A DNA stretch of 63,768 nt, the filler included, from Octopus bimaculoides (Eukaryota), in the NCBI RefSeq assembly GCF_001194135.2. It is 5 parts of 4 records of this genome, joined end to end, with 100 filler letters (N's around TTAATTAATTAA, not from the genome) between each part and the next. Parts side by side here need not be neighbours in the genome. Positions count along the whole stretch, not along the records: positions 1 to 28,582 come from NC_068989.1; 4 more parts are not named here. One strand, given 5' to 3'. Below the pieces are notes generated by a model that saw only the letters and a program-made list of their open reading frames with translations, was not told where the DNA came from and ran no database searches. Position numbers and translations under genes: made by a program. Shown here in pieces: positions 12,449-25,688 of this stretch. How positions within the stretch are numbered: position 1 is the first letter of the stretch; each line of letters opens with the position of its first letter.

Positions 12449-12491
12449 AATTACTTTATACAATATGAAAACCGCACATATATGTTATATA

Positions 12492-12889
12492 CAGTGCTGG
12501 ATTAAACATTAAGCAAAATAAGTATGTGCTTAGGGCATCAATGAGAAATGGTAAATGGTTTATGGCACAATAGAAATCACTTTAAACTTGCTAAAATAAA
12601 ATTCGGTATGCCTTTATCTCTATTAAGTATAGATGTTGCAGATGTATTACCTAAGATTAATTTTGAGGATCCGATCAAAGATTTCGCAATTCAAAAAAGT
12701 AGGAGGAAACTTTTCAAATATAAATGAAGTGGGAGTATACAAAAATAAACATTATTTTCCCTCTTGCTTCGTTTTGAAAAATAAAAATTTATTTTATGGT
12801 TTGTTATTGTTTATATTTTGAATTACATAATCTTTTATGGGGGTACCAAAATCTTTAAAATGTTTAGGGCCTCGATGGATCCGGACCTG
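12492..12889. mobile_element. hAT-family MITE
   Basis: Imperfect TIRs CAGTGCTGGATT / GATCCGGACCTG; perfect 8-bp TSD GTTATATA (12484-12491 and 12890-12897). Confidence 0.8.
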
Positions 12890-13194
12890 GTTATATATGA
12901 TGAAACCAATACATTTACGGGATTTATGCAAGGAGATTCCAGAATAGTCTTTCACCATGTTTAAATCTGTTTCGTCACATATGTTCGTGTAGATATGATG
13001 TAAACAAATCACTAGATCCGCATTGATGCCTAAGTTTCTTCCTTCTATAATGTATCTATGGATGTTGTTACCGTTTGGATCAACAAAATTGAGTGAATGG
13101 TTGACAACTTACAGGATATAGAAGTTATCAAGATCCATGTAGGGAACCCACCCTTCGGATAGCAAACGTGATATATGAAATTATGGGATGTCAC

Positions 13195-13209
13195 TGACGT
13201 CACTTCCGC
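13195..13209. promoter_or_regulatory. CRE + ETS composite motif (TGACGTCACTTCCGC)
   Basis: Palindromic TGACGTCA directly abutting CTTCCG (reverse complement GCGGAAGTGACGTCA); function not shown. Confidence 0.3.
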
Positions 13210-14394
13210 TTTCTATCACAACTATAATTTTTTTTTTTCAATTTACTTTCACTTTTTTACGACTGTAAACTGCATGCTAACTCTTTATTTTAACGACCCC
13301 TAAAATGATAATTCGCAAAACTGTCCCCGGTAAGATCTTCACTCGAAACAGAAAGAACTAGAATACAAACTGCAAGATATTTTATCCGATGTTCTAACAC
13401 TTCTACTAATTCGCCGCCTACAAAGATTTTCAGTGCTTCCTTTCTCAAAGTGTTCGACTTCCTGGTGAACTGATCTTCTTCACCTTAGACGCTCTGTCGC
13501 CACGTTTTCCCATTTCGCCCAGTTACAAGACTTGAACTTGACAATTATTCATTTAAGCGTTGATTTTATTTGTTTAAACTCCGCTCTCAACACTAACATT
13601 AATTAAGCCTTTTTAAAAAAAGGATAATATAAATATTATAGTATATATTATACACATATACAGGTTGCCATGATTTCAAAGTTTAATAAAAAAACAAACA
13701 CGAAGATGCGTTAAAAAAAAACTTTGTATTTCTATGTAGTTCAATAAAATCCCCCATTTTTTTGTATCTTTTTTCCTGTATCTTCATATGTTNNNNNNNN
13801 NNNNNNNNNNNNNNNNNNNNNNNNNNNNNNNNNNNNNNNNNNNNNNNNNNNNNNNNNNNNNNNNNNNNNNNNNNNNNNNNNNNNNNNNNNNNNNNNNNNN
13901 NNNNNNNNNNNNNNNNNNNNNNNNNNNNNNNNNNNNNNNNNNNNNNNNNNNNNNNNNNNNNNNNNNNNNNNNNNNNNNNNNNNNNNNNNNNNNNNNNNNN
14001 NNNNNNNNNNNNNNNNNNNNNNNNNNNNNNNNNNNNNNNNNNNNNNNNNNNNNNNNNNNNNNNNNNNNNNNNNNNNNNNNNNNNNNNNNNNNNNNNNNNN
14101 NNNNNNNNNNNNNNNNNNNNNNNNNNNNNNNNNNNNNNNNNNNNNNNNNNNNNNNNNNNNNNNNNNNNNNNNNNNNNNNNNNNNNNNNNNNNNNNNNNNN
14201 NNNNNNNNNNNNNNNNNNNNNNNNNNNNNNNNNNNNNNNNNNNNNNNNNNNNNNNNNNNNNNNNNNNNNNNNNNNNNNNNNNNNNNNNNNNNNNNNNNNN
14301 NNNNNTAAACATTTACAATTTTAAATATACAATAATAATTTGATTATATTTACAATGTTCGATTAAAGCATTGCTCATTACAGATGCAATTTGT

Positions 14395-15200
14395 AATGGC
14401 TTTCCTGAAGGATAGGCATCCGACCACCAGGGCAGACCCCTTGCTTTTTCTTTCCCTTGTTTTTGGCTTCCACTTACCTGGTGCCAAACATTCCCAGCTT
14501 CCTCGCCACAGGCTTCCATCTTCTCATGAATCTGTCTCGTGACAGGTACCTCTTCTCCAGCCTGATCTTACTACTGAGGTGGTAACAAAAAAAGTTAACT
14601 AACCCCTGGCCAGATACAAAGGTATCCGTCACTATGCCTCTTACACGCGTCTTCCATACTGTTTCTTTCAGTATGGCTACTACGCAGGAAATGCAAACCT
14701 TCCTTTCTCGTTGAGGGAAGGAGGCAGCACAATCTCGATAGTAGATTCAGCTGATACTCTTCCCATCGATGACAACAGTTGTTCTGCGAAAACTATCAGT
14801 CTCATTAATTCCGGACATTCCACAAATGCGTGCAAGACTGTTTCCCTGTCCCGCCCGCACCTCGGACATGTCGGCGATACGAACAGGTAACGCCGCACGG
14901 AAGTACTGCTAAGCTAGGGATTTCTGGTAATTGTCCAGATATCCCGGCCCGAAAGTTCTCCTGAACAGGTTGGTCAACTGATTTTCATCGTAGCCCAGGG
15001 TCTCCCCCAAGGCGTCTTCGGACCTAAATCCCACTAATCCGCTATAAAAATCTGCGGTGGAACTCCTATTGCCGGCATTGCCCGCAAGAGAGAGTAGCTG
15101 AAGTGCCTGTCAGCACTCCAATTGCCAGACCCCCAGCCTGGGTCTCTACTTTATCCACTTACCAACGTCCTTACCAAACAGCCACTCCTACGCCTAGTGC
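14395..15200 (-). mobile_element. Tx1/L1-clade LINE ORF2 3' fragment, degraded
   Basis: ORF 14680-14898 contains CPRCGRDRETVLHAFVECP (zf-RVT-type motif), followed by CVVAILKETVWKTR-like sequence. Confidence 0.75.
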
Positions 15201-15314
15201 ATAAATATTTTGTTTTATTTTCAAAATAATGAAAGTAATGTATATCCGATAATGAAAACATTAGTATTATCTTATTACTAAAATAACTTGATGGCTTTTA
15301 CACATTGTTTAACA

Positions 15315-15611
15315 CAGAAGTTTTCAAACTGTGGTCCGCGGACCACAGGGGGTCTGCAAGGACAAGACAGGGGGTCCGTGGACAGCAAATACTTTTTATG
15401 GGCAATTTGATTTTATATATGTTTTTTAATCGAAATCTTTTAATTGACAATAAACCTATTTGTTAAATACTGTTAAATAAATAAATGTACAAATATATGT
15501 TATTTTAAGCAAATATTTATGTATAAATTTCATAAGCGTTTATAAGGGGGTCCCTAAGGTAAAGCCTGAAATATAAAGGGGTCCGCAAGTCAAAAAGTTT
15601 GAAAACCCCTG
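15315..15611. mobile_element. hAT (Charlie-like) MITE
   Basis: TIRs CAGAAGTTTTCAAACT / AGTTTGAAAACCCCTG; left flank GTTTAACA, right flank GTT then gap. Confidence 0.8.
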
Positions 15612-16857
15612 GTTNNNNNNNNNNNNNNNNNNNNNNNNNNNNNNNNNNNNNNNNNNNNNNNNNNNNNNNNNNNNNNNNNNNNNNNNNNNNNNNNNNNNNN
15701 NNNNNNNNNNNNNNNNNNNNNNNNNNNNNNNNNNNNNNNNNNNNNNNNNNNNNNNNNNNNNNNNNNNNNNNNNNNNNNNNNNNNNNNNNNNNNNNNNNNN
15801 NNNNNNNNNNNNNNNNNNNNNNNNNNNNNNNNNNNNNNNNNNNNNNNNNNNNNNNNNNNNNNNNNNNNNNNNNNNNNNNNNNNNNNNNNNNNNNNNNNNN
15901 NNNNNNNNNNNNNNNNNNNNNNNNNNNNNNNNNNNNNNNNNNNNNNNNNNNNNNNNNNNNNNNNNNNNNNNNNNNNNNNNNNNNNNNNNNNNNNNNNNNN
16001 NNNNNNNNNNNNNNNNNNNNNNNNNNNNNNNNNNNNNNNNNNNNNNNNNNNNNNNNNNNNNNNNNNNNNNNNNNNNNNNNNNNNNNNNNNNNNNNNNTCT
16101 TGTTGCCTGTTTGTCTATCTCTCTGTCTGACTGTCTCTCTGTCTATCTCTCTGTCTGACCCGTCTCTCAATCTGTCAGCATTTTTTTTTTCATTTCCCTT
16201 CAACTTCAATCTCTCTCTCTCTTTCATTCACTCACAGATAAGCAAGATATGAAATAAATAAATAAATAAATAAATAAATGCAAAGCGTATTCATTCACAA
16301 TTAAAATTCCTTTCTGATCGAACTTTTTAAAACCTGTAACTTCTCACTCGCTTCACTCACCCAATCCCACTATCCGGAATCCTAAACAATAGAAATTTTT
16401 TCAAGTCGTTCGACCTGCTACAATTAGTAACTAAATCTCCTTCAAATCACACACTTTGCCAGCTTTAAAAAGGGGACGCCACGTTGAACAATGCTTTCGT
16501 TCCGTTTTGTTTTTAAATTACTCCTGAATCTTGTCCATGACTTTCAGGTGTTGACACCCATAGCTGCGAGGGAGTCGTCCTCAAAGCGTTACATGGCAGC
16601 GAACCGGTAAACAAGCAAAACACATACATAGAGTATGTGTGATCAAGGTTCACAACACTAGCGTTCCTTTTTAATTCGTAATTGAATGTGTGTGAGAGAG
16701 AGAGAGAGAGANNNNNNNNNNTTTTTTTTTTTTTTAAATAAGTACTGGGGTTAATTTATTCGACTAAAAAACGTCAAGGCGGCGCCCAGCATGGCCACAG
16801 CCTAATGATTGAAACAAATAAACTAATGAAATAATACAAGAATACATACATATCTTT

Positions 16858-17491
<634 letters not shown>

Positions 17492-17898
17492 TACATACAC
17501 ACACATACATACTTACATATACACATGAAAGTGTTTAAAGCGGTGGCATTTTCCACAGCTGTATGTGAATTAGTGTTGTTGTTTTTCAATGCTAGGAGTA
17601 TGGCAAACCTCGAAAGTGCAAGCTGCCAAATTCGAGTACTTTCGTTAAATCAATGTTTACCAGTTCTGAATACAAATCTTCCCGACCACAGTGCCACTCG
17701 CCACCCGCCCACATCTATTCTCCACACTTGTCTGTTTGCTGTGAAAGAAAATTGGGATGAATGGAAAATTAGCTGAGGAAAGCAGCGACTCCACCCCCAA
17801 AAAGAATTTGAAAACAAATAATAGAGGTAGAGAGAGAGAGACAGAGAGAGAGACAGAGAGAGAGAGACAGTCAGACAGACAGCGAGAGAGGCAAACAG

Positions 17899-17945
<47 letters not shown>

Positions 17946-18051
17946 CAGATGCCAGTAGTTTCAGTGACTCTTTTCAATAAATTTTCTGTTACGTGCACTT
18001 TTGCTAGATTGAAGTGACGTACGTGTTTCAAAGAATCGGCGCTGGGGCTTC

Positions 18052-18106
<55 letters not shown>

Positions 18107-18843
18107 CATATAGCCATCCAGTTATCTATCTATCTCATTTATCCATCCAGCCATCTATTTATCTATCTATCTGTCTTTCTATCCATCCATCCATCCATCC
18201 ATCCATCCATCCATCCCATCATCCGTCCATCCATCCATCCATCCATCCATCCAGCCAGCCAGCCAGCCAGCCAGCCATCTATCTATTTAATTACCAATCT
18301 GTCTATTTAATTACCAATCTGTCTATTTCATTAACTATCTAGTTAACTATCTAATTATCATTTCTCTCCATACACACATACATGTATATACACACACACA
18401 GAGACATACATGCACACATATACACTACACACGTGCAGAGACAGACAGATAAACACACACATGCACACACACCCATTTATACAGAGAGAGAGAGGTGTAG
18501 GCTAATCTGAGTAAAAAGTACTTGGTGCAAATACATCGCATAAAGGCACATTAACTGCGATGTGCGTCCGGAGATAATATCTCTTAAGAGCGTAGTGTGA
18601 AATAACACAGATTTATCGGTAGCAGATGGAAATCGTCCAATAGCTGCGGTGAAAATGCAAGATACACATTTCTGCCTTGGTGAGTTCTTTTCAGAACTAT
18701 GTAGTCACTAACAACTTGCAGGCTAAGACAAATCAGTTGCTACTGATATAGGAAAACAGTGATTGAAAAATCACTGGTTTTGCAATTATCTGTTCTGTTC
18801 AATAAAATCCATTATACACAACAGAAGCAGCCTGAGGTTAAAA

Positions 18844-18960
18844 CAGTGGTCGCCAAAGTGGGCAGTACTGCCCCCCCCCCTTGGGGTGGTGGAAAAATCC
18901 AGAGGGGGCGTTGATAAAAAGTGGGATGATAATGGGGGTGGCCAAAATGGGGTGATAGAT
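18844..18960 (+). mobile_element. hAT-like left-end fragment
   Basis: CAGTGGTCGCCAAAGTGGG...GCCCCCC...GGGG terminal pattern; truncated by a SINE. Confidence 0.45.
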
Positions 18961-18970
18961 CTAAGCTAGC

Positions 18971-19106
18971 TTACCAACCACATGGTTCCGAGTTCAGTCC
19001 CACTGCGTGGCACCTTGGGCAAGTGTCTTCTACTATAGCCTCGGGCCGACCAAAGCCTTGTGAGTGGATTTGGTAGACGGAAACTGAAAGAAGCCTGTCG
19101 TATATG

Positions 19107-19137
<31 letters not shown>
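18971..19137 (+). mobile_element. SINE family A 5' module, running into gap
   Basis: Near-consensus copy. Confidence 0.9.
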
Positions 19138-20162
19138 NNNNNNNNNNNNNNNNNNNNNNNNNNNNNNNNNNNNNNNNNNNNNNNNNNNNNNNNNNNNNNN
19201 NNNNNNNNNNNNNNNNNNNNNNNNNNNNNNNNNNNNNNNNNNNNNNNNNNNNNNNNNNNNNNNNNNNNNNNNNNNNNNNNNNNNNNNNNNNNNNNNNNNN
19301 NNNNNNNNNNNNNNNNNNNNNNNNNNNNNNNNNNNNNNNNNNNNNNNNNNNNNNNNNNNNNNNNNNNNNNNNNNNNNNNNNNNNNNNNNNNNNNNNNNNN
19401 NNNNNNNNNNNNNNNNNNNNNNNNNNNNNNNNNNNNNNNNNNNNNNNNNNNNNNNNNNNNNNNNNNNNNNNNNNNNNNNNNNNNNNNNNNNNNNNNNNNN
19501 NNNNNNNNNNNNNNNNNNNNNNNNNNNNNNNNNNNNNNNNNNNNNNNNNNNNNNNNNNNNNNNNNNNNNNNNNNNNNNNNNNNNNNNNNNNNNNNNNNNN
19601 NNNNNNNNNNNNNNNNNNNNNNNNNNNNNNNNNNNNNNNNNNNNNNNNNNNNNNNNNNNNNNNNNNNNNNNNNNNNNNNNNNNNNNNNNNNNNNNNNNNN
19701 NNNNNNNNNNNNNNNNNNNNNNNNNNNNNNNNNNNNNNNNNNNNNNNNNNNNNNNNNNNNNNNNNNNNNNNNNNNNNNNNNNNNNNNNNNNNNNNNNNNN
19801 NNNNNNNNNNNNNNNNNNNNNNNNNNNNNNNNNNNNNNNNNNNNNNNNNNNNNNNNNNNNNNNNNNNNNNNNNNNNNNNNNNNNNNNNNNNNNNNNNNNN
19901 NNNNNNNNNNNNNNNNNNNNNNNNNNNNNNNNNNNNNNNNNNNNNNNNCGGTTCACAATGAATGCATTGGATTAACAAAACGCAAAGAGGCAAAAATATA
20001 CATACAGCATTCCCACCGCCGCTGCTATATGATTTCCATCTACTACTGATATATTTGTTGTTTTTAAGCACAATACGTACTTAAAAGATATTTCCGGACA
20101 AATTAATTTGCTTTTTCACGAAGTATTTGCATTACGTATGATACACAGAAGGGTCTACCTAT

Positions 20163-20210
<48 letters not shown>

Positions 20211-20444
20211 ATCAGAACAGTCTGATTCTAATTCGTTGGTACTCAAAAGTTTCAAGCTTGATGCTAGTTGTCAACCATGGGTATTACTATTTCACCATTA
20301 CACGTGTTTCATTTGTTAGTAGGAGTTACAAAATTGTACATATAAGAGAAACGTGTAAGATATCACCTTTTAGAAATTCTTCAAACATACATTCAAATGA
20401 TATCAAGTATTAATTTCTGGGGGGTTTTTTCCAGTTTTGTTCAA

Positions 20445-20858
20445 CCCTTTACTCTTTTACTCTTTTACTTATCATTTGACTGTAGCCATGCTGGAGCACC
20501 GCCTTTAGTCGAGCAAATCGACCCCAGGACTTATTCTTTGTAAGCCTAGTACTTATTCTATCGGTCTCTTTAACCAAACCGCTAAGCTACGCGGACGTAA
20601 ACACACCAGCATCGGTTGTCAAGCGATGTTGGGGAGGGGGGGCAAACATAGACACACAAACATATAAACACACATACATATATATATATATATATACATA
20701 TATACGACGGGTTTCTTTCAGTTTCCGACTACCAAATCTATTCACAAGGCTTTGGTCGGCCCGAAGCTATAGTAGAAGACACTTGCCCAGTGTGACTGAA
20801 CCCGGAACCATGTGGTTCGTAAGCAAGTTACTTACCACACAGCAACTCCTGCGCCTAT
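20445..20858 (-). mobile_element. SINE family A, full length
   Basis: Both modules, linker and tail present. Confidence 0.9.
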
Positions 20859-21025
20859 GCATACTTCACACAAATATAACATTTATGTACAACTTTGGAG
20901 CACTGGAATAAGCAGATGTGCTACAAGAGGACACAGCTCGCATTATAACCCTATGTACACAATTATATATATAAATACACGCGTGCACAGACACACATAC
21001 GCACGTACACACACATATGTATGTG

Positions 21026-21057
<32 letters not shown>

Positions 21058-21078
21058 TGTGTGTGTGTATATATATAT

Positions 21079-21258
21079 TCTTTTATTTGTTTCAGTCATT
21101 TGATTGCGGCCATGCTGGAGCACCGCCTTTAGTCGAACAATTCTTATTCTTTGTAAGCTTAATACTTATTCTATCCGTCTCTTTTGCCGAACCGCTACGT
21201 TACGAGGACGTTAACAGACTAGCATCGGTTGTCAGGCGATGGACAGGGGACAAACACA

Positions 21259-21294
<36 letters not shown>

Positions 21295-21405
21295 TGACAG
21301 GCTTCTTTCAGTTTCCGTCTACCAAATCCACTCACAAGGCTTTGGTCAGCCCGAGGCTATAGAAGAAGACACTTGCCCAAGATGCCACACAGTGGGACTG
21401 AACCC
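21079..21405 (-). mobile_element. SINE family A, running into gap
   Basis: Homology to family A. Confidence 0.85.
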
Positions 21406-22950
21406 NNNNNNNNNNNNNNNNNNNNNNNNNNNNNNNNNNNNNNNNNNNNNNNNNNNNNNNNNNNNNNNNNNNNNNNNNNNNNNNNNNNNNNNNNNNNNNN
21501 NNNNNNNNNNNNNNNNNNNNNNNNNNNNNNNNNNNNNNNNNNNNNNNNNNNNNNNNNNNNNNNNNNNNNNNNNNNNNNNNNNNNNNNNNNNNNNNNNNNN
21601 NNNNNNNNNNNNNNNNNNNNNNNNNNNNNNNNNNNNNNNNNNNNNNNNNNNNNNNNNNNNNNNNNNNNNNNNNNNNNNNNNNNNNNNNNNNNNNNNNNNN
21701 NNNNNNNNNNNNNNNNNNNNNNNNNNNNNNNNNNNNNNNNNNNNNNNNNNNNNNNNNNNNNNNNNNNNNNNNNNNNNNNNNNNNNNNNNNNNNNNNNNNN
21801 NNNNNNNNNNNNNNNNNNNNNNNNNNNNNNNNNNNNNNNNNNNNNNNNNNNNNNNNNNNNNNNNNNNNNNNNNNNNNNNNNNNNNNNNNNNNNNNNNNNN
21901 NNNNNNNNNNNNNNNNNNNNNNNNNNNNNNNNNNNNNNNNNNNNNNNNNNNNNNNNNNNNNNNNNNNNNNNNNNNNNNNNNNNNNNNNNNNNNNNNNNNN
22001 NNNNNNNNNNNNNNNNNNNNNNNNNNNNNNNNNNNNNNNNNNNNNNNNNNNNNNNNNNNCGCTCTTCCGATCTGAGAGAGAGAGAATTTTATATGAAAAA
22101 GTAAAGGTGATCTGAAGAAGAGAGTGGCAGGGAGAGAGGGACAGAGTGAATGAATGAATTTTGTTTGAATCAGTGAATAAGGGGAAGGGGAGAGCGAGAC
22201 GGGAAGACATTGGAAAAATCGCTTTGTGGATGTTTATTGTAAAATGTGTGTTGGCACCTGCCTTCTGTTGTCGATAGAGGGCGCTATAGTGGGAGGAGTT
22301 GTAATGGTCGCCGTGACTGAATCTTTTAAAGGAACAGGTTATTCGCTGAAAGGGAGGACAGAGTTTTTTGTTTGTTCGTTATTGTTTTGTTTTTGTTATT
22401 TTTTTTCTTCTTCTTACGTTGCAAGCTGTCTGTTATGTATGTATGTATATGACAGTTGGTATGTTTGACGATGTATTTGTGTGGGAGTGTCTAATTTCAT
22501 GTGTATTTAATTTTAGTTAGCCCGGGGCAATGTTGTACATAGGTAGGACAGTAGAAAGCTCCTGAATGGAATCCATTACTGTATCTAACTGTTCTAAATT
22601 TCGAATCCTGCTAGAATCAAATTTAGTTCTCAGTCCCGCCCTCGGGACTTGATAAAATCTTACATGGGGACGGGTATAGTTGACAATATCGAACTCAAGA
22701 CTCGACTGGTGCGTTCTTTCATCCACCCTGGAAAGAAAAAAGGCAAATTTGGCTTCGACGATATTTGAATAAATATAAGGAGCTCGTACATATACTACAA
22801 AGCGACACCCTAACGATTCCATTAATCCTCTGTCTTGAGGCTTGAGGAAATAATAATTGGCCCTAATTGAGCAGATCCGAGGACAAAGGCATTCCAGACG
22901 GCATCATTCTATAATTCTTCGTTTAATTTTAGTATATATAGCATCATACC

Positions 22951-23202
22951 GTTCTATATTTAAGAGATGAGGAATTATGTACATTATTTACATTCGACGG
23001 ATATTTGTCCTCATCTTGTTTGTTGTTAACACAACGTTTCAGCTGATATACCCTCCAGCCTTCATCAGATGTCTTGGCGAAATTTCGAACCTGGGTTCTC
23101 ATTCCTAACTTCTCATTCCTGAGTTCTCATTCGATGTTGTTGTTGTTGTTGTTGTTCAGGTCACTGCCTGGAATCGAACTCAGAATCTTGGGGTTAGTAG
23201 CC
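22951..23202 (-). mobile_element. tRNA-derived SINE (family D), 5'-truncated, with hammerhead-bearing 3' tail
   Basis: Minus strand: anticodon/T-arm part with B box GAGTTCGATTCC, (AAC)n linker, GGAATGAGAA...CCCAGGTTCGAAATTTC, then the hammerhead fold. Confidence 0.8.
23028..23073 (-). ncRNA. Minimal type I hammerhead ribozyme fold
   Basis: GACAU CUGAUGA A GGCUG gaggguauau CAGCU GAAA CGU U GUGUU: stem I GACAU/GUGUU, 5-bp stem II, palindromic ACGU stem III, triplet GUU. Confidence 0.75.
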
Positions 23203-23300
23203 ACGGGCTTATGGCGTAGTGGTTAAGAGCGCAGGCTACTAACCCAAAGATTCCGACTTCGATTCCAGGCAGTGACCTGAATAATAATAATAATAATAAT

Positions 23301-23361
<61 letters not shown>

Positions 23362-23413
23362 TCGAAAAATACCTTAGGAATGAGAACCCAGGTTCGAAAT
23401 TTCCCCAAGACAC
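23203..23413 (+). mobile_element. tRNA-derived SINE (family D), complete head, 3'-truncated just before the hammerhead core
   Basis: A box TGGCGTAGTGG (23212-23222), B-box-like ACTTCGATTCC (23256-23266), (AAT)n(AAC)n linker, ends at CCAAGACAC. Confidence 0.85.
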
Positions 23414-23623
23414 TTGTCGGCATATAAACTCAACTTTTTAGTGGGGAGATAACCCAATTTTTTAATTGCAATTTTTTAATGGGGCTGAGATAACCAAAAG
23501 GTACCAGAATTGTTTTTAGTTGAACGAATCGACCCCAGTACTTTTTTTAAAGCCTGGTACTTATTCTATCGGTCTCTTTTGCCGAACCGCTAATTGTCAA
23601 CACCAGTTGTCAAGCGGTGGTGA

Positions 23624-23659
<36 letters not shown>

Positions 23660-24514
23660 CACGCACGCGCGCCCACACATACAACCGCATGCACGTACGC
23701 ATGCACATTCACATACGCACGCATGCACGCTCACACACGCACGCGTGCGTGCGCAAAAATGTGTACACAGATAGAGAAAGAAAGAGAGAGGGTGAAAAGG
23801 AGACAATACACGTACACATAAACAACTAAATGGTCACACACAAACCGAGAGAGAGAAGGGGGAGAGAAAGAAAACAACAGAAACATGAAAACGTGAGAAA
23901 CATGGAAACGAGAGAACTATTAAAACGTCTAATGTGAAATAAGTCTGCGTTGAATCAGCGATGCCAGGTTAGCGGCGCCAAAATGTCTCATACCCATTAG
24001 ATTTTCATGTCTCTGTTGAAGGACTTTTCGACGTTTCACTTGAAGGAAGTACAGATTCAGTTTGAGGTGTCTTTGTTGTATGATGTCCATATGCAGAAGG
24101 TTACAGAGAAATGTTATGTAATTCACTGAGGTGAACACGGTTACAGATGACAGAAGGAGGTTGTCGTTCATATGCAATTGAAATTCTTAGTTCTAGTTCC
24201 TCCTGTACAGTTGCTCTGTACAGTCGGGCAGCAAGACAGCTGAAATCATCTTAGTTTTGAGCAATAGAGCAATAGTTGCCTTCATCTTTGATTTTTGAAG
24301 GCGGCGTACAAGCAAAAAATTGAATATGGGACAGGGAACAAAATGGCACGTTGGGAACACTAGAGTTGATAGACCTGTGTATACTGTGTATATGTATCTA
24401 TATGTGTCTACATGTATGTGTATATATATATATGTATGTAAATATGTATAGACATGTACGTGTATATACATGTCTGTCTGTATATATGTGTATGTGTGTA
24501 AATGCGTCTACATG

Positions 24515-24567
<53 letters not shown>

Positions 24568-24948
24568 ACGTGTGTATACATGGTGTGTAAATATGCGGGT
24601 GTATATGTATATGTAATTGTTTATATGTCGTTGCAAAAGTGTTTACTTTTCTACGTACGTGTAGACCCTTATACGCTAAGCACAGGATGTTTGAGGCTCT
24701 TTATATGTGTGTGTATGAATGAGATACATCATATGTGTGTGCATGCATAATATGTGTGGTTAGTTGTAGGGTCAGTATAGATGAGTGTCTAATTATCATA
24801 AGGCACGTGCACACGTGATCCTTTTCTTTTTTTTTTCTAGGGTCACGAATCAACATTAAAAAACAACAAAACAAACGAACCCAGCATAAACTTAATCGCT
24901 CCCGCACAAACACACACGCATATGCACTCACAGAAATACACACACACA

Positions 24949-24997
<49 letters not shown>

Positions 24998-25122
24998 AAC
25001 TATACGTAGGCTCATACACAAGTGCAGTCACCACACGATTGTGTGTTGATGTGCGTGTACGTGTATATGAATATGTGTAAACACACACATGCACATAAAC
25101 ACGCACCCATACAAATACACAG

Positions 25123-25157
<35 letters not shown>

Positions 25158-25656
25158 AGATTATGAGGAGGTCACAACAGTCGTCCGACCAGCCAAATAC
25201 TACTCAAACCCCAAGATACGATTTGGATAATAGTCCTAATATATTAAGGTTGAATATTAAAAAAAAAGGATGGTCATGGATAGAGCGCTAAGATCATAGG
25301 TTTACTGAATCAGGCTTGACTTCGGCTAAGCAACAATAACAACAAACACGGACGCATACTTGTGCACACATGCACACATGCAAACAGTTGGTGACGTCAG
25401 GTCAACAGCTGATACGGCGCACGCTTACACGTGAGCTGCGTATATGAATGCGTGTTGATCGGGTGTTACTGTCCCGGTGTATGTTCCATATAATGGTGCA
25501 ACAACTGTTTAATGTATACGGATTTGTGTATGTGTGTGTTTGTGTGTGTGTAAGAGCGCGCGTGTCTGTGTGGGAATGGATGCTCATACAAGTGCATATG
25601 TTGTGATTGTTTTATGTGTAATATATGCATGCGGTGGTTATGCAGAGAAGCGGAAA

Positions 25657-25688
<32 letters not shown>

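Noticed and set aside
23203-23280. Functional tRNA gene
   Set aside because: Acceptor and anticodon stems do not pair well, and it continues into a SINE body. The same applies to the heads of families A-C.
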